In this document: positions 34,700 through 52,674 of the stretch, piece after piece
Position numbering within the stretch: the stretch's first letter is position 1
Layout of the letters: the number at the start of each line of letters is the position of its first letter
From: Flaccisagitta enflata
Lineage: Eukaryota
DNA length: 64,000 nucleotides
Reading direction: 5' to 3'
Assembly (NCBI GenBank): GCA_965153355.1
Contig: OZ231126.1
Location: 15,004,001 to 15,068,000 of the forward strand
Notes under the pieces: generated by a model
Seen by the model: only the letters and a program-made list of their open reading frames with translations
Told to the model about the DNA's origin: nothing
The model's database searches: none
Position numbers and translations under genes: made by a program

Positions 34700-35192
34700 T
34701 TTTTTTATATATCCTCCTGTCCAATAAATTCTATGGATAATCACTTTTGAGGAAAAAGAGGATTTTTTTTCCAGAAACACCAAAAGCGAGGTGACACATG
34801 TCACATCCATTTTTGAGGAAAAATGGCTTGCTGGGTTGCCCAAGCTGAAGTGAAACAACAGGTTAGAACATTAACATTATTTATATTATTCTTGTAGTAT
34901 TGCAGTACAAAAAGTTTAAAGTCTTAGTTGTACCGTATAATTCACGACAAACAGTCATTGATCTTAAAAGATCGAAGCATAACATTTCACAGAGGAAAAA
35001 CCGCTTTTCAAAGAATAATTGCAATATCACGCGAAAAGAATTCGTTTTTGAGAAACAATTTAATCCTTCTTTTTAGAAATCATTCTACTACGAGTTTTGA
35101 TTCAAAACAAGCTAGCAGTAGCTAGATCGCAGTCTTTTCTACCAAGTAATCGAACTTGACTAAGACATAATTGACATATGAGCGTTCAAGTT

Positions 35193-40259
<5,067 letters not shown>

Positions 40260-43200
40260 CTTCGCTGATGAATATTCACGCTAAGACAAGTATTCCAGGT
40301 TTGTATCTTTTTCTTACTTTCTCGCTCTTTATAAGACTTTTTTTTTAGTTTTTATCGTTTTAGTTTTAAGTCGATTGCAATCGATTACCGAAGGTATGAG
40401 TTATTTTTCAAGATGCAATATTGTGAAAAAAGTAACTCATCTATTCGAAAAGGAAGATTTCTCCATCAGTAAGTTAAAGGGTCGGTTTTGCAAATGATGA
40501 TTCTTTTTGCTTCTTTTTACTTTTCTTTCAAGTTTGCCATACACTACGACGTCAAAACCGCTATGAATGACGTCAATGACTGCGAGAGGAGTGCGTGAGA
40601 AGACTTCAAGATGACGTAGAATGGCGTTTTAAGTCATTTCACCGACTTTGGAGGTTAAAAATAGCGAAAGATACGCAGATGGATTGACTTCTTTACGCGA
40701 GCTTAGAGGGTGAAAAGAATTTTATCTTAAAATCTTTTTAAAATATATGGTCCAGGTTGCCCGGGTCGGTGCTTGTAAGCGTTTTTGCCTTGCCCTCAAT
40801 AATCGTTGCATCATTTCGAAAACGAAGTCATCTTATTTTGTTGTACCGTGATTTGTGGCTGAGTTTCATGATCACCTTTACATATGACCTATAAACATTG
40901 TTACCTTACAAGTTACAGCCTCAGTGTCCCGTTTGTTTTTGATCATAGTGCATCGCTTTGAATTCTTGTTGATTCCCAATTTTTTTGCCCAGATCTGTAA
41001 GACCGTTTGTCGGTCTCTAAAACTCTTATCTCTTCCTCTCTCACTTGCTTTGTCCGTCTGTCTGTCTTTTTCTTTCTCACTCTGTCTCTCTGTCTTTACA
41101 CATTTCACTAGTTGAGAGCTTCATAGACCATGAACTTGTTATTTCACACTAAAACTCACAGTTCAACCACTGATTTTCAGAAAATCAATTCAGTTTGACG
41201 CCCGGATCCCCAGAAATACAAGCACCATGATTTTTTTTTTTTGCTTTCTCATTTTTTGAATGGTGGATAAAAATGAGCACAAGTTATTCACTCCTTCGAA
41301 CTGACGAACTCAAAACCGAAACCTGGTTTTTCGTGCGAAAAATGAATCGTGCTTAAAAACTTAACTTAGCTTCGATCTTTTTGAGTCTTAATCTAGCGAT
41401 TCTTTAAATGGTCGAACGGTCCGTCAGTTGGTCCGTCCGCAATGCGATTATATGTTTGATACGAAATCGGCCAAATGGTAACAGTTTACACGTGCCATTC
41501 TGCGTGGCTGCCCCTGCCCATTGGTACGCGACTTAAAATTGCCGTGTATAATTGTCTTTTTTGCCCTTTTTTGATTCAATTCAGGATAGGTTTTACTTCT
41601 TCGTGGGAATGAGTTAATCCATAGGCAGTCACTACTTAAAGATCGTCACTGGTGCAAATGGCAGAGGTTCACATTGGCTGGGGCGATAGTTTACATCCGC
41701 TGCGCCTGTCAGGCTTTCTCCCTCCATAGCTAGGGCTTAAAAAAGTATTGCCTGTCGCATGAAACACTTGCAGTTTTGCTCTGAATTTGAATTCAACTGC
41801 GTGTAAGATAGTGCCGCTACGGCCTGACGCCAGTATCTACATTGCCTGTAGGGGCTCCAATTGAAAGAGCTTGAAAATCTGCTTTGGATGGTGTCGAAAA
41901 AACAATAGATCAAAGCAACTGCGATTTTTAACACTGATATTACTGACATGGTGTTTGACACTATTTCCTGTTCTTGCGCTCAGAGTTTAAGTCCGGGGAC
42001 AAAAAGGTGAACTAACAAGGCCGGATACACGGCTACCCAAGTCGCGTGCGGGTGGGCAGGGGCCATATTTGAGGCCTCTCTATCATTTAGGCAGGAGCTG
42101 TGAGGCCAAAGACCGCAAAAACCCCCCCAAAAAATTAGTGTGACGGATGGACCAACGGACAGATGGACCTACGGACGGCCAGCTAACGGACCGACAAAGC
42201 GACTAAAAAGCAGACAATCAAGTTGGATTTCAATCTAATGCATTACATGTATATAACGGTCATTTTTTTTATTGATGTCACTCATCAAGTTTGGACAATA
42301 TTTCAGTTTTCTTTCTAGATTTACTTCTTTACTCACATTGAGACATATGTAATGGTGATTTTTAAAGTGCGACTTTCCTTGTCATTCTTGCTGTCTCACT
42401 ATGCTTTAATGAGTTACGCACATCTTTTTCAAAGCGCAAAATTGCATAACACTAACAGCTGCATTCAGTCTGAGCCACTTCGAGTGAAACAATGCAATGT
42501 CCGTGTATCAGCGTATCTGTTTGTCCATTTATTTGTTGGTTTTAGTCTGTTTGTCTTTCTCTCTTGAAGCGTAATGATACATCGGAAGATTAACTCCAAT
42601 GTAAAAGGAAACAAGTTTTAAAAAATAGTTGTAAGATAAGTGTTACTTTTTTTCTCCATTTTTTAGAAAGAAAAGTTTGTAGATCATCTGAACTAGTAAC
42701 GCTGAATACTTTTGACTTCCTCAGTTTTATTCAACGTCATCATTTTATTCATAAACTTGAAAATCTATTTTGAGCGGGCTTTTTCATCGCCTTGGCTTTC
42801 GCCCCCTACCATAGCATAGCCCGAACTACATCGAGTCCCGTTAAGACATGGATCTCATCCCTTTTTTGTGCAGCGGCCCCAAAGAGGACGAAAGTAACCT
42901 GGGGACTTTTGACTTCCTCCGTTTATCCGTCCATTTTGTCATTTTGAAATCTACCCCGGGCTTTTTCATCGCCTTGGCTTTCGCCCCCTACCATAGCATA
43001 GCCCGAACTACATCGAGTCCCGTTAAGACATGGATCTCATCCCTTTTTTGTGCAGCGGCCCCAAAGAGGACGAAGTCCTGTAAAACAGGGGGACTTTTGT
43101 TCATCCGTCCGTTTGTCCTTTTGTCTATCCGTCCCCCCAGGTTTTCTCAGGCCTTGAACTTTGCCTTATCAGGCCTGAACTTTGCAGATATCAGGCCTGA

Positions 43201-44686
43201 GAGGGCCCGGGGGAGATGGACGGACGGACGGACAAACGAAAGTCCCCTTGTGTTCTACAAGACTTTATCCCCTATAAGGCCGCTGCTTCCTCTCACTCCA
43301 ATTCACAATCAAGCAAAGCAGGGCAACGGGTATCCCTGACCACATATTGCCCTTGGGCGACCTGTTTTCCTTTTCAACCATTCTTCTCTCTGTTGCATTA
43401 CGTTCCGATGGAAGGATCATCGCCAGCCTTCCGTCAAGTCGTAAATGACTCATTGACAAGCCCACTTATTGCCACCAATGGCCGTTCCAAGGGCATCCAT
43501 TAACAATCTCGGATACAGCGCAATAGCTTACATAAAGTCATTTTTTTTAATGCGGACACGCGAATCAATAGGCCACTTTCTGATCGGTTCGTCCGTCTGT
43601 CTAACCCATTAAAATAAACTTTTGATTTTTTGTGTACAGACTACGCCTAACTCGTAGATCTAACAAAACGACCATGCCACACTTTACATGCATGTACGCA
43701 TGGAATTACACGCGTGCGTGTGACTCAAATTTGCGCCGTGTGGAGTCGACCGAAAGAGTCGATAAATCCTTCCTTCTCTTATTTTTTTTTCCTTCCTCGG
43801 CTCAGCTCGATAGCGCGTGATTCTTTGAGGCGAGAAGCGATACACACAAGGATGAGCGATAACGTCACGTGATGTTTGTGGGCCACGTGGATGGGATGAC
43901 GCCATACCTGCTGCTAATCCGAGGCGATATCGATACGTCGTGAGTCGTGTCGGAGAATCTCCTTCCCCCGATTGAATCGACTGAGTCTCGTCAAATTCTC
44001 TATTTCTCCCACTTTATTTCCACTCATTTCGTCTTGTACAATTGTTGCGCCCAGCGTGTGTCAATGTGTCATTCACACGATAATTCCTATTCCTGACTTA
44101 TTTAGCACAGAGGAAAAGGCAGCCAATTCAACCGCCCTTTCCCTCCACTCCCCCCCCCCTAGCCCGCTTGATGGCGACATTCAACAGCACACCTCAACCC
44201 CAACCCCCATGAATGTGCACTTTTTGAAGCCACGTGGCTCGCTGATTTTTATCTCTTGCTTTCTTGTTTCGTCGTGGTTTGAGCTGTACGTCGTTAAAAG
44301 CCGAAGATTTTAGGTCGTTATTAGCATTTTTGCGCCATAAAATACGCATGGAGCATTTTGCTTATGTCTTTATGAGATCTGACAACTTCCCCCCCCTTTC
44401 AAGTATTTCTATCGTTACGCGGAAAACAACAATGCTCAACACTCAACACAAGTAAACTTTACCTTCGGAAGTACAGCGGAAACGTCTCACAAACATCTTT
44501 TTAACTTCGATATCTGATTCATCAGAACAGAATTGAATGGTTTGGGTCAAGATAAGGGGAGAGAGATGTGAAAATTGGATGCAATGGACATGACATTTGG
44601 GCTAACCGAAAGGCACCGTAGCAAAGGTCTGCTCCAACAGACCCACCAGTAACGTAATTCCACCACAATCAACCACTATACAATTA

Positions 44687-45176
44687 CACTTTTTTTATTT
44701 TATAAGAACGTCATTTTTTGAGCAAGCCTTCAATGTTCTTAAATTTTGAGCGGTTTCAAGGCTTGAACGTTCTTAAATTGTTCTTAATTTAAACACACTT
44801 TTTAACCTTCAATTAAGAACATTTTTAATTATTTTATGTTTGTTATTAATAAGAAAATGAAGGAAAATGTCAATGAAATAATAAAGCAGCAGGTTTAAAC
44901 ATTATAAGTGAATAAAAAGATTAATAAAAGTAGAAAGATATATACTATATAAAGTGGAACTTGATTTGCTGAACAGAGTCTCTTGATTTACAAAGAACAA
45001 TCGATTGAAAAAAGCCCAGAGAAAAAATGTTCTTAAATTTCTAAGATTTTAAGCTTAATGTTTTTAAATTTTTAATAAAAATAAAACCTTTGAATGTTCT
45101 TAGCATGTTCTTAAATTTCTGATGATTTGAAGCCTAACGTTCTTATAAACTTGGTTCTTATAAAATAAAAAAAGTG
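44687..45176. mobile_element. TA-flanked MITE (CACTTTTT..AAAAGTG); related copies at ~58415-58840 and ~58897-59619
   Basis: ta|cactttttttattttataagaac ... gttcttataaaataaaaaaagtg|ta with internal GTTCTTA repeats; the same termini recur near 58.4 and 58.9-59.6 kb. Confidence 0.75.
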
Positions 45177-45904
45177 TATACTTTCTTTAATCACCATGTC
45201 AATTCTACAAAATCATAGGCTTTACAACAAAAACAAATGCTTTATTTCAAACTGTGTAAAGAAGTGCGCCGCTGGGGAAGCCTAAAAAGGGGTATTACCC
45301 TGCATCTTTCAATGATTTTAAAAAAAGTTAATCTTTTGAATTTTTTTTTAAAGCTTAAGCGGAAAGTCAAAAACAATTTCTAATGAAGGGAACCACAAGA
45401 CAACAATACCCTCTCTCGATTTTTCATCAGTTTTCAATGTTTAAGCATGTAGTTTCCTTATAATTTCGCATAAGAGACTGTTATGATGATAAAGTCAAAT
45501 AAAAAAAAAGCGGCGGCATCTGAATTCCAGTATGGAACGGGAGTGAAGTGAAACCTCGTTTAATGTTACTGATCGAACTCGAAGTCGCGGAAAAGAAATC
45601 CATCCAGCAAGTTGCGATGAGTTTTCGACAAGTATGAACACTACGAACAGAGAACTCTTGCCCTTCAAAGACAAAGAGGCGCAACATGCCCATCTGAAAT
45701 GTAGATCTACACGGCACTGTTGACCGAGGAGTCACGCGAAATGCAACATATGAGTGAGTCTCAGTCAACACTCGGTCGCATCTAACGACTCCGTCAATGG
45801 GCCACGGAAACCATGGCTTTGACTTTGATCGGCCATCTGGCCATGGATTTCTATGCCTCACGACGGCCTTGGAAGAAGGAAGGATTTTAGTCGTTCTTTG
45901 TTTC

Positions 45905-45955
<51 letters not shown>

Positions 45956-46869
45956 ACTCCATGGGGTCACCGTCGTAATGGAATTAATGAGAGCATCCCT
46001 CCTCTCTTCTCTGACTATCCCCACCCTTCATCGTTCAACCTTGCAGCGGGATGCACGTGTAAGTTACAGCGACTATCAAGTCAACGCTACCACGCTATAA
46101 ATCAACTCCGTGACTTCTTAGTGGTCGTCTTCACTAACAAAGAGAGGGCATCCAGGTCAGAAGAAAAAGGCTTCGTAATGTTCTTCTTGACGGCTTCATG
46201 GCAGTGGATCTGGCCATTGCGTTATAGCACCAAGTATTACGCTAATTTTATGGAATAAAGGTACCTGAACATTTAAAGATGCGTCAAAGCCCCTCTATAA
46301 ATCTGTCCATCAATTGGTATGTCCATCTTTCAGTCGCACCAGCTCGCCATCCGGATCTCTCTTGAGACACAAAGACACTCAAAGACAGTGGCACGTTGAT
46401 TTCATTCATCGTTCGACGTCGTGTTCCCATGATCGCCAGGCAATAAAATTCAATCGCCGACACTTAATCTTTGTCAAGGCCGGAAATCTGATCCGGCGGT
46501 CAAAACTGTCGGTGGATATCGGTCATTGATCTTGCATTAACTGGCTTTGTCTTTCTTCTTGCTACCACAATCATCGTCCCTAGATTCCTGAAATCTGTTT
46601 TGGTGTTTGAGGGACGTGAACCAGTATGCTACTGGCGCTGTTTTACAAATCTCTTGGCATCGACGTGACCATAGCATGACTAGCATTGCTAATACGTAAG
46701 TGTGCTCAATGACAGTGATGCAACTGTCTGTTTGTGTGAGTTGGCGTGTACTATGAAGGAAGAAAAGGCAAAGCGTAGGGCAGAAATAGAAAAAAAACGA
46801 CGAAAAAAGGTAGAAAGAGAAAGAATCAATGACAAGAGAGGAAATGAGATCAGAAAGAGTTAGAAAGAC

Positions 46870-47065
<196 letters not shown>

Positions 47066-47465
47066 AAATTTCGACTCCATAAATTGCGCGGAGTCACTGA
47101 TTCAAGAGACTAAATACAAACCATCTGTTCATAGAATGGAAATCAATGATGGGAAGACAAAGCGACCCGAGGCGATTCACAGAGAGCTCTTTCCACAATT
47201 CCCTCTCATGGCCATGGGCAAAGCAAATTAAAGCGACCGACTTTCATTTTCTTGAGTTCGCAGAGGAAGACAGATATAACGGTGAGCCAATCCGCATTTA
47301 AAAGACCTACTTTAGAATGTTGTGCAGATGTCAGAATCCTCAAAATACAATTTGAGGTGCTTTGGCGCAACATCAATACAGTCTGCCTCTGCGTTATGTA
47401 AATACTACAAAGTGTCATCAAATTAATGAAGATACCAAGGGCATAAGCTCGTCTGGTCAGATGCA

Positions 47466-48442
47466 CAGGCCTGAAAATAGAGCGTGCCCGCGTGCCCGGT
47501 GCACGCAGTTTTGCTGTCGGGCACGCAGCTTTTGCTAGCTGTGTGCCCGACGTGCACGCTCTTGTCTCTTCTTTTATTTCTTTAATCTCTTATGCTTTCA
47601 AGAAAAAAGGGAAAAAAAGTGCAAAATGAGCGTTCTCAGTCTTCTTTTCACCTTCTTGCTCTAAATCCTTACACAAACTCTCATTCATTAAATCATTCAT
47701 TCATTCATTCATTCAATCATTCATTCATTCATTCATTCTTTCATTCTTTGTTAGATAACAAGGCACAAGTATTGGCGTAAACTCGGTCTTTTCCTTTAGA
47801 CGTTTAAGAGTGTGACACTGGAATTTCATCCTTATTTGTTGAATCAATGTTACTCTTTTCAACTGAGAAAAAAGGCCGATATGTATGCCTGGCTGACTAA
47901 GAATGTATGAATGAACGTTTTTGAGGAATGAACATACTTAATGAACGCTTGAATGGATGAAAATAGAATGTGAGTGAAGAAGAATGAAGGTGAATGAAGG
48001 TGAATGAAGGTGAATGAAAGTGAATGAAGGTTAATGAAAGTGAATGAAAGTGGGAAGGTTACGAGAATAAAGATTGACGCCAGGATTGGCAGTTTTGCGC
48101 GGTTTTGACATTAGTGCGATCGACTGACAGACCAGCTGACCAACCGACTGAGGGACAGGCATGACTTTATCTACACACATGCAAATAAAGTCAAATTAAG
48201 CTTAGCCTAACCTAATCTTTTTTAACAATGCATCAAAACGCTCCAAAATTAAGAGAACGTTGTAGTTATTTTACTAGTAGCTATCTCTATCTCTTTTGAA
48301 GGATTCAGAAAAAAAATGTGTTGTTAGAAGTATGGTAGAACTACCTATTTTACCGGACACGCTGTTTTCCTGTCGGGCACGCTAAAATTTTGGGGGGCGT
48401 GCCCGGCGTGCACGCTCAGAAATAATACTAATTTCAGGCCTG
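47466..48442. mobile_element. non-autonomous hAT-type element
   Basis: TIR caggcctgaaa/tttcaggcctg, 8-bp TSD CAGATGCA (47458-47465 and 48443-48450), subterminal GCGTGCCCG/GGCACGC repeats at both ends. Confidence 0.85.
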
Positions 48443-49019
48443 CAGATGCACATTGTCACAAGTCTGATTTCCATAAGACATTCGCTTCTTCACACTTGCT
48501 TATTCCCTATTCTATGTTTTCGCAGATAAATACAACGTTGTCGCATCTCAAAAGAGATAATTTGGATCATTATTATAATAGATGTCTCCAAGGGGTGGAA
48601 GGGGTGGCTAGGGTGGCTGGAGGGGTGGCCTGAGCCACCCCACCGGCCACCCTGGCCACCCCAACAAAAATTAAGCCACCCTATGAATTTCATTTATTTC
48701 AACCACCCCCCACCCCGGCCACCCCCCACCCCGGCCACCCCCCACCCTGGCCACCCCCCACCCTGGCCACCCCCCACCTTAGCCATCCTCCACCTAGCCA
48801 CCCCTCACCTTGGCCACCCCCCACCCAGCCTCCCCCCACTTTAGCCACTCTTGTAACTTTAATCCCCTTATACACCTTACCAACCACTTAACATGCTGCA
48901 AAGTTAAACACTTTAATTGCCACAAAGTGAATCACTTTGCCTGCTTGCTTGTCACAATGTGAAACACTTACCTATCACAATATGAATCACTGTGTATCAC
49001 TTTGCGTGCGGCAGAGTGA

Positions 49020-50210
49020 AACACTTTGCCTGGGCCAGAGTGAAACACTTTGCTTGCGGCAGAGTGAAACACTTTGTCTGCGGCAAGGTGAAACACTGCC
49101 TGCGGCAAAGTGAAAAACTTTGCCTGGGGCAAAGTGAAACACTTTGCCTGGGGCAAAGTGAAACACTTTGCCTGCGGCAAAGTGAAACACTTTGCCTGCG
49201 GCAAAGTGAAACACTTTGCCTGCGGCAAAGTGAAACACTTTGCCTGCGGCAAAGTGAAACACTTTGCCTGCGGCAAAGTGAAACACTTTGCCTGCGGCAA
49301 AGTGAAACACTTTGCTTGCGGCAAAGTGAAACACTTTGCCTGCGGCAAAGTGAAACACTTTGCCTGCGGCAAAATGAAACACTTTGCCTGCGGCAAAGTG
49401 AAACACTTTGCCTGCGGCAAAGTGAAACACTTTGCCTGCGGCAAAATAAAACACTTTGCCTGCGGCAAAGTGAAACACTTTGCCTGCGGCAAAGTGAAAT
49501 ACTTTGCCTGCGGCAAAGTGAAACACTTTGCCTGCGGCAAAGTGAAACACTTTGCCTGCGGCAAAGTGAAACACTTTGCCTGCGGCAAAGTGAAAAACTT
49601 TGCCTGCGGCAAGGTGAAACACTCTGCCTGCGGCATAATGAAACACTTTGCTTGCGGTAAAGTGATACACTTTGCCCACTTCCCAGCATAATCCCCAAAC
49701 CTAATACAGCCCCTAACCTTAAAAGCCTCAAAACCTAAACAAAACACAGCCCACAAGCCTAAACCCAACACTTTGCCTGGGCCAGAGTGAAACACTTTGC
49801 TTGCGGCAGAGTGAAACACTTTGTCTGCGGCAAGGTGAAACACTGCCTGGGGCAAAGTGAAACACTTTGCCTGGGGCAAAGTGAAACACTTTGCCTGGGG
49901 CAAAGTAAAACACTTTGCCTGGGGCAAAGTAAAACACTTTGCCTGGGGCAAAGTAAAACACTTTGCCTGGGGCAAAGTAAAACACTTTGCCTGCGGCAAA
50001 GTGAAACACTTTGCCTGCGGCAAAGTGAAACACTTTGCCTGCGGCAAAGTGAAACACTTTGCCTGCGGCAAAGTGAAACACTTTGCCTGCGGCAAAGTGA
50101 AACACTTTGCCTGCGGCAAAGTGAAACACTTTGCCTGCGGCAAAGTGAAACACTTTGCCTGCGGCATAATGAAACACTTTGCCTGCGGTAAAGTGATACA
50201 CTTTGCCCAC
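49020..50210. repeat. 24-bp palindromic tandem satellite (CACTTTGCCTGCGGCAAAGTGAAA), roughly 45 units in two blocks
   Basis: Read directly. The unit is a 9-bp inverted repeat around TGC plus AAA, and it accounts for the 8-aa-repeat ORFs. Confidence 0.95.
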
Positions 50211-50219
50211 TTCCCAGCA

Positions 50220-50765
50220 TAATCCCCAAACCTAATACAGCCTCTAACCTTAAAAGCCTCAAAACCTAAATAAAACACAGCCCACAAGCCTAAACCCAAC
50301 ACAGCCCCTAACCCTAAACTTAATACAACCTCTGACCCTAAACCCAACATAACCCCTGACCCTAACACAACCCCTTAACCCTAATACAACCCCTAACCCT
50401 AACACAATCCCTAAACCCAACACAACCCCTAACCCTAAACCCAACATAACCCTTAACCCTAAACCTACACAACCCCTAACCCTAAACCCAACACAACCCC
50501 TAACCCTAAACCCAACACAACCACTAACCCTGACACCCCCTAACCCTAAACCCAACAGCCCCTAACTCTATACCCCACACAATCCCTAACCCTAAACCCA
50601 ACACAATCCTTAACCCTAAACCTATCACAATCCCAACACAGCCTCAAACCTCAACCCAATACAGACTCTTTCCCTAAACCCAATATAGCCTCTACCCCTA
50701 AACCTAATACAGCCTTTAATATTTAAACTTTAACCCAACAGGGACCTTAACCCTAAACCTAACAT
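50220..50765. repeat. degenerate telomere-like (CCCTAA/CCCTAAACCCAACACAA) array
   Basis: Repeated ccctaaccctaaacccaacacaa units; a similar patch lies at 51865-51970. Confidence 0.8.
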
Positions 50766-50860
50766 AGAATTGGTTAATACAATCATTTTTTTTTGGTATT
50801 TTGTATTTTGTATAGATTAGCCCCCTATCCACCCCTGGCCACCCGTCTACCCCTGGCCAC

Positions 50861-51475
50861 TACGCTGAGGAGAATACATTTTTTTTCATGCAGGGACCCA
50901 GAGGAGGGCCCAGATTTTTTTATTTTGATGCAACTAATGTATTTTAAAAATTTCAGGACCATAGATGTTCTTGAACATTCATCATATTGCACTTGAAAAA
51001 TAGCTCATCTTTAAGAGGGCCAAAATTTCAAAATCATTTTTCCTCACAACTGATGCCAGATTCAGATTTCCTGTAAAAAATTATGTCCAATACTATATTT
51101 TCTTTTTTTTAAATTTTGTTTTTAAGCTGAAAAAAATGCAAAAAATCTTTAAAAAGACCTTGTTTTTTAAAAACCCTTATTTTTTGGAGGTTTTTTGCAT
51201 TTTTTTCAGCTTAAAAACAAAATTTTGAAAAAAGAAAATATAGTATCTGATATAATTTTTTTCAAGGAATCTGAATCTGGCGTCAGATCTAAGGAAAAAT
51301 GATTTTGAAATTTTGGCCCCTTTAAGGATAAACCATTTTTCAGGTGCAATATGATGAAGGTTCAAGAATGGCTATGGTCCTGACATTTTTAGAATACATT
51401 AGTTACATCAAAATGAAAAGATCTGGGCCCTCCTCTGGGTCCCTGCATGAAAAAAAGTGTATTCTCCTCAGCGTA
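50861..51475. mobile_element. foldback MITE, possible 8-bp TSD CTGGCCAC
   Basis: tacgctgaggagaatac..cagaggagggcccagat versus atctgggccctcctctg..gtattctcctcagcgta; palindromic to a centre near 51165. The TSD equals the host repeat motif, so it is uncertain. Confidence 0.8.
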
Positions 51476-52674
51476 CTGGCCACCCTTCCACCCCTGGCTC
51501 CCGTCCACCCCTGGCCACCCATCCACCCCTGGCCACTCATCCACTTCTAGCCACTTGTCCACCCCTTGCCACCCGTCTACCCCTGGCCACTTGTCCACCC
51601 CTGGCCACTCGTCTACCCCTGGCCACCCGTCCAACCCTGACCTCCCGTGCACCCCTGGCCACCCATCCACCTATCTATCCTTGGATTAGTAGTTGCTCGG
51701 GGCAGATTTATCTCTGCCAAGTCAGTTCCAATACCCGTTCTACCTGCACTATTCGTACAAGCGCCACTATCCACAATTCCTACGCAAGTTGCTCCGGGCA
51801 GATTTGACTCTGCTGAGTCAGTTCCAATACCCACGCCGCTTTCACCGACCATGCAAACGCGACTCTAAACCCAACACAGCCTCTAACCCTAAACCCAACA
51901 GTACTAACCCTAAACCCAACACAGCCCCTTACCTTAAACTCAACATAGCCCTTTACCCTAAACCCAACACAGGGGTAGGAATTGTGGATGGTGGCGCAAG
52001 TGCAGGTGCAGGTGCAGGTAGCACGGGTATTGGAACTGACTTGGCAGAGTTAAATCTGCCCCGAGCAACTGTTAGTCTAAGGATAGATGAGTGGATGGAT
52101 GGCCAGGGGTGGATGGGTGGCCAGGGGTGGATGGGTGGCCAGGGGTGGACGGGTGGCCTGCCACCCCTTTATGTAAGTGGCCACCCCTCTAACTTTGAGG
52201 CCACCCCTCCAATGTTGGCCACCCATGGCCACCCCCCACCCCATGATCAATTACATAGGGCCACCCCCTGGAGACATCCATTATAATTCTTAACCGATAA
52301 TTTATTCCGATTTGGTGCATCCTACCTGAGGTGCAAATCACAGAGGCCGAAAAGGTAATGTTATCAAAAACCGTAATGATAATCCATAATAATCATAAAC
52401 CATGATAATAAAAACAACGAATACTATAAACCATGATTCCGAAAGAGGTATTGATTGGCCGGTAAGCAGCAGTTTGAAAGAAAGATAAAATCGTTACGTT
52501 ATGACGAAAACTACATTCAAAGAGCACAAAAGTGTAAGCACGTTATGCTTGAGAATAGATATGAAGCGCCGTAGACCAACTATGGACTATTGGACTAAGG
52601 ACTAATGCACAAAAGGTGAGCAGTATTTTCCCATCAGAATTTGAGTCGTTGTGCTGTTACAACCGTACAGCAGT

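Larger units (their letters stand above)
48579..52280. mobile_element. composite TIR element carrying satellites and nested MITEs
   Basis: TIR tagatgtctccaaggggtgg / ccaccccctggagacatcca, each flanked by TTATAA; GGCCACCCC subterminal repeats at both ends. Confidence 0.65.

Noticed and set aside
45481-46760. Catalytic-domain exons for the astacin-like gene, or another coding gene
   Set aside because: Exon-like blocks have stops or no motifs (no HExxH or SxMHY); at most non-coding exons.
49020-50210. CRISPR-like array of palindromic 24-bp repeats, and the 466-aa and other repeat ORFs over it
   Set aside because: The repeats are head-to-tail with no unique spacers, there are no cas genes and the context is eukaryotic. 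The ORFs are open in several frames only because the 24-mer lacks stops.
50220-50765. True telomere or chromosome-fusion site
   Set aside because: The units are degenerate, interleaved with AAACCCAACACAA, in a single orientation and embedded in a transposon-like composite.
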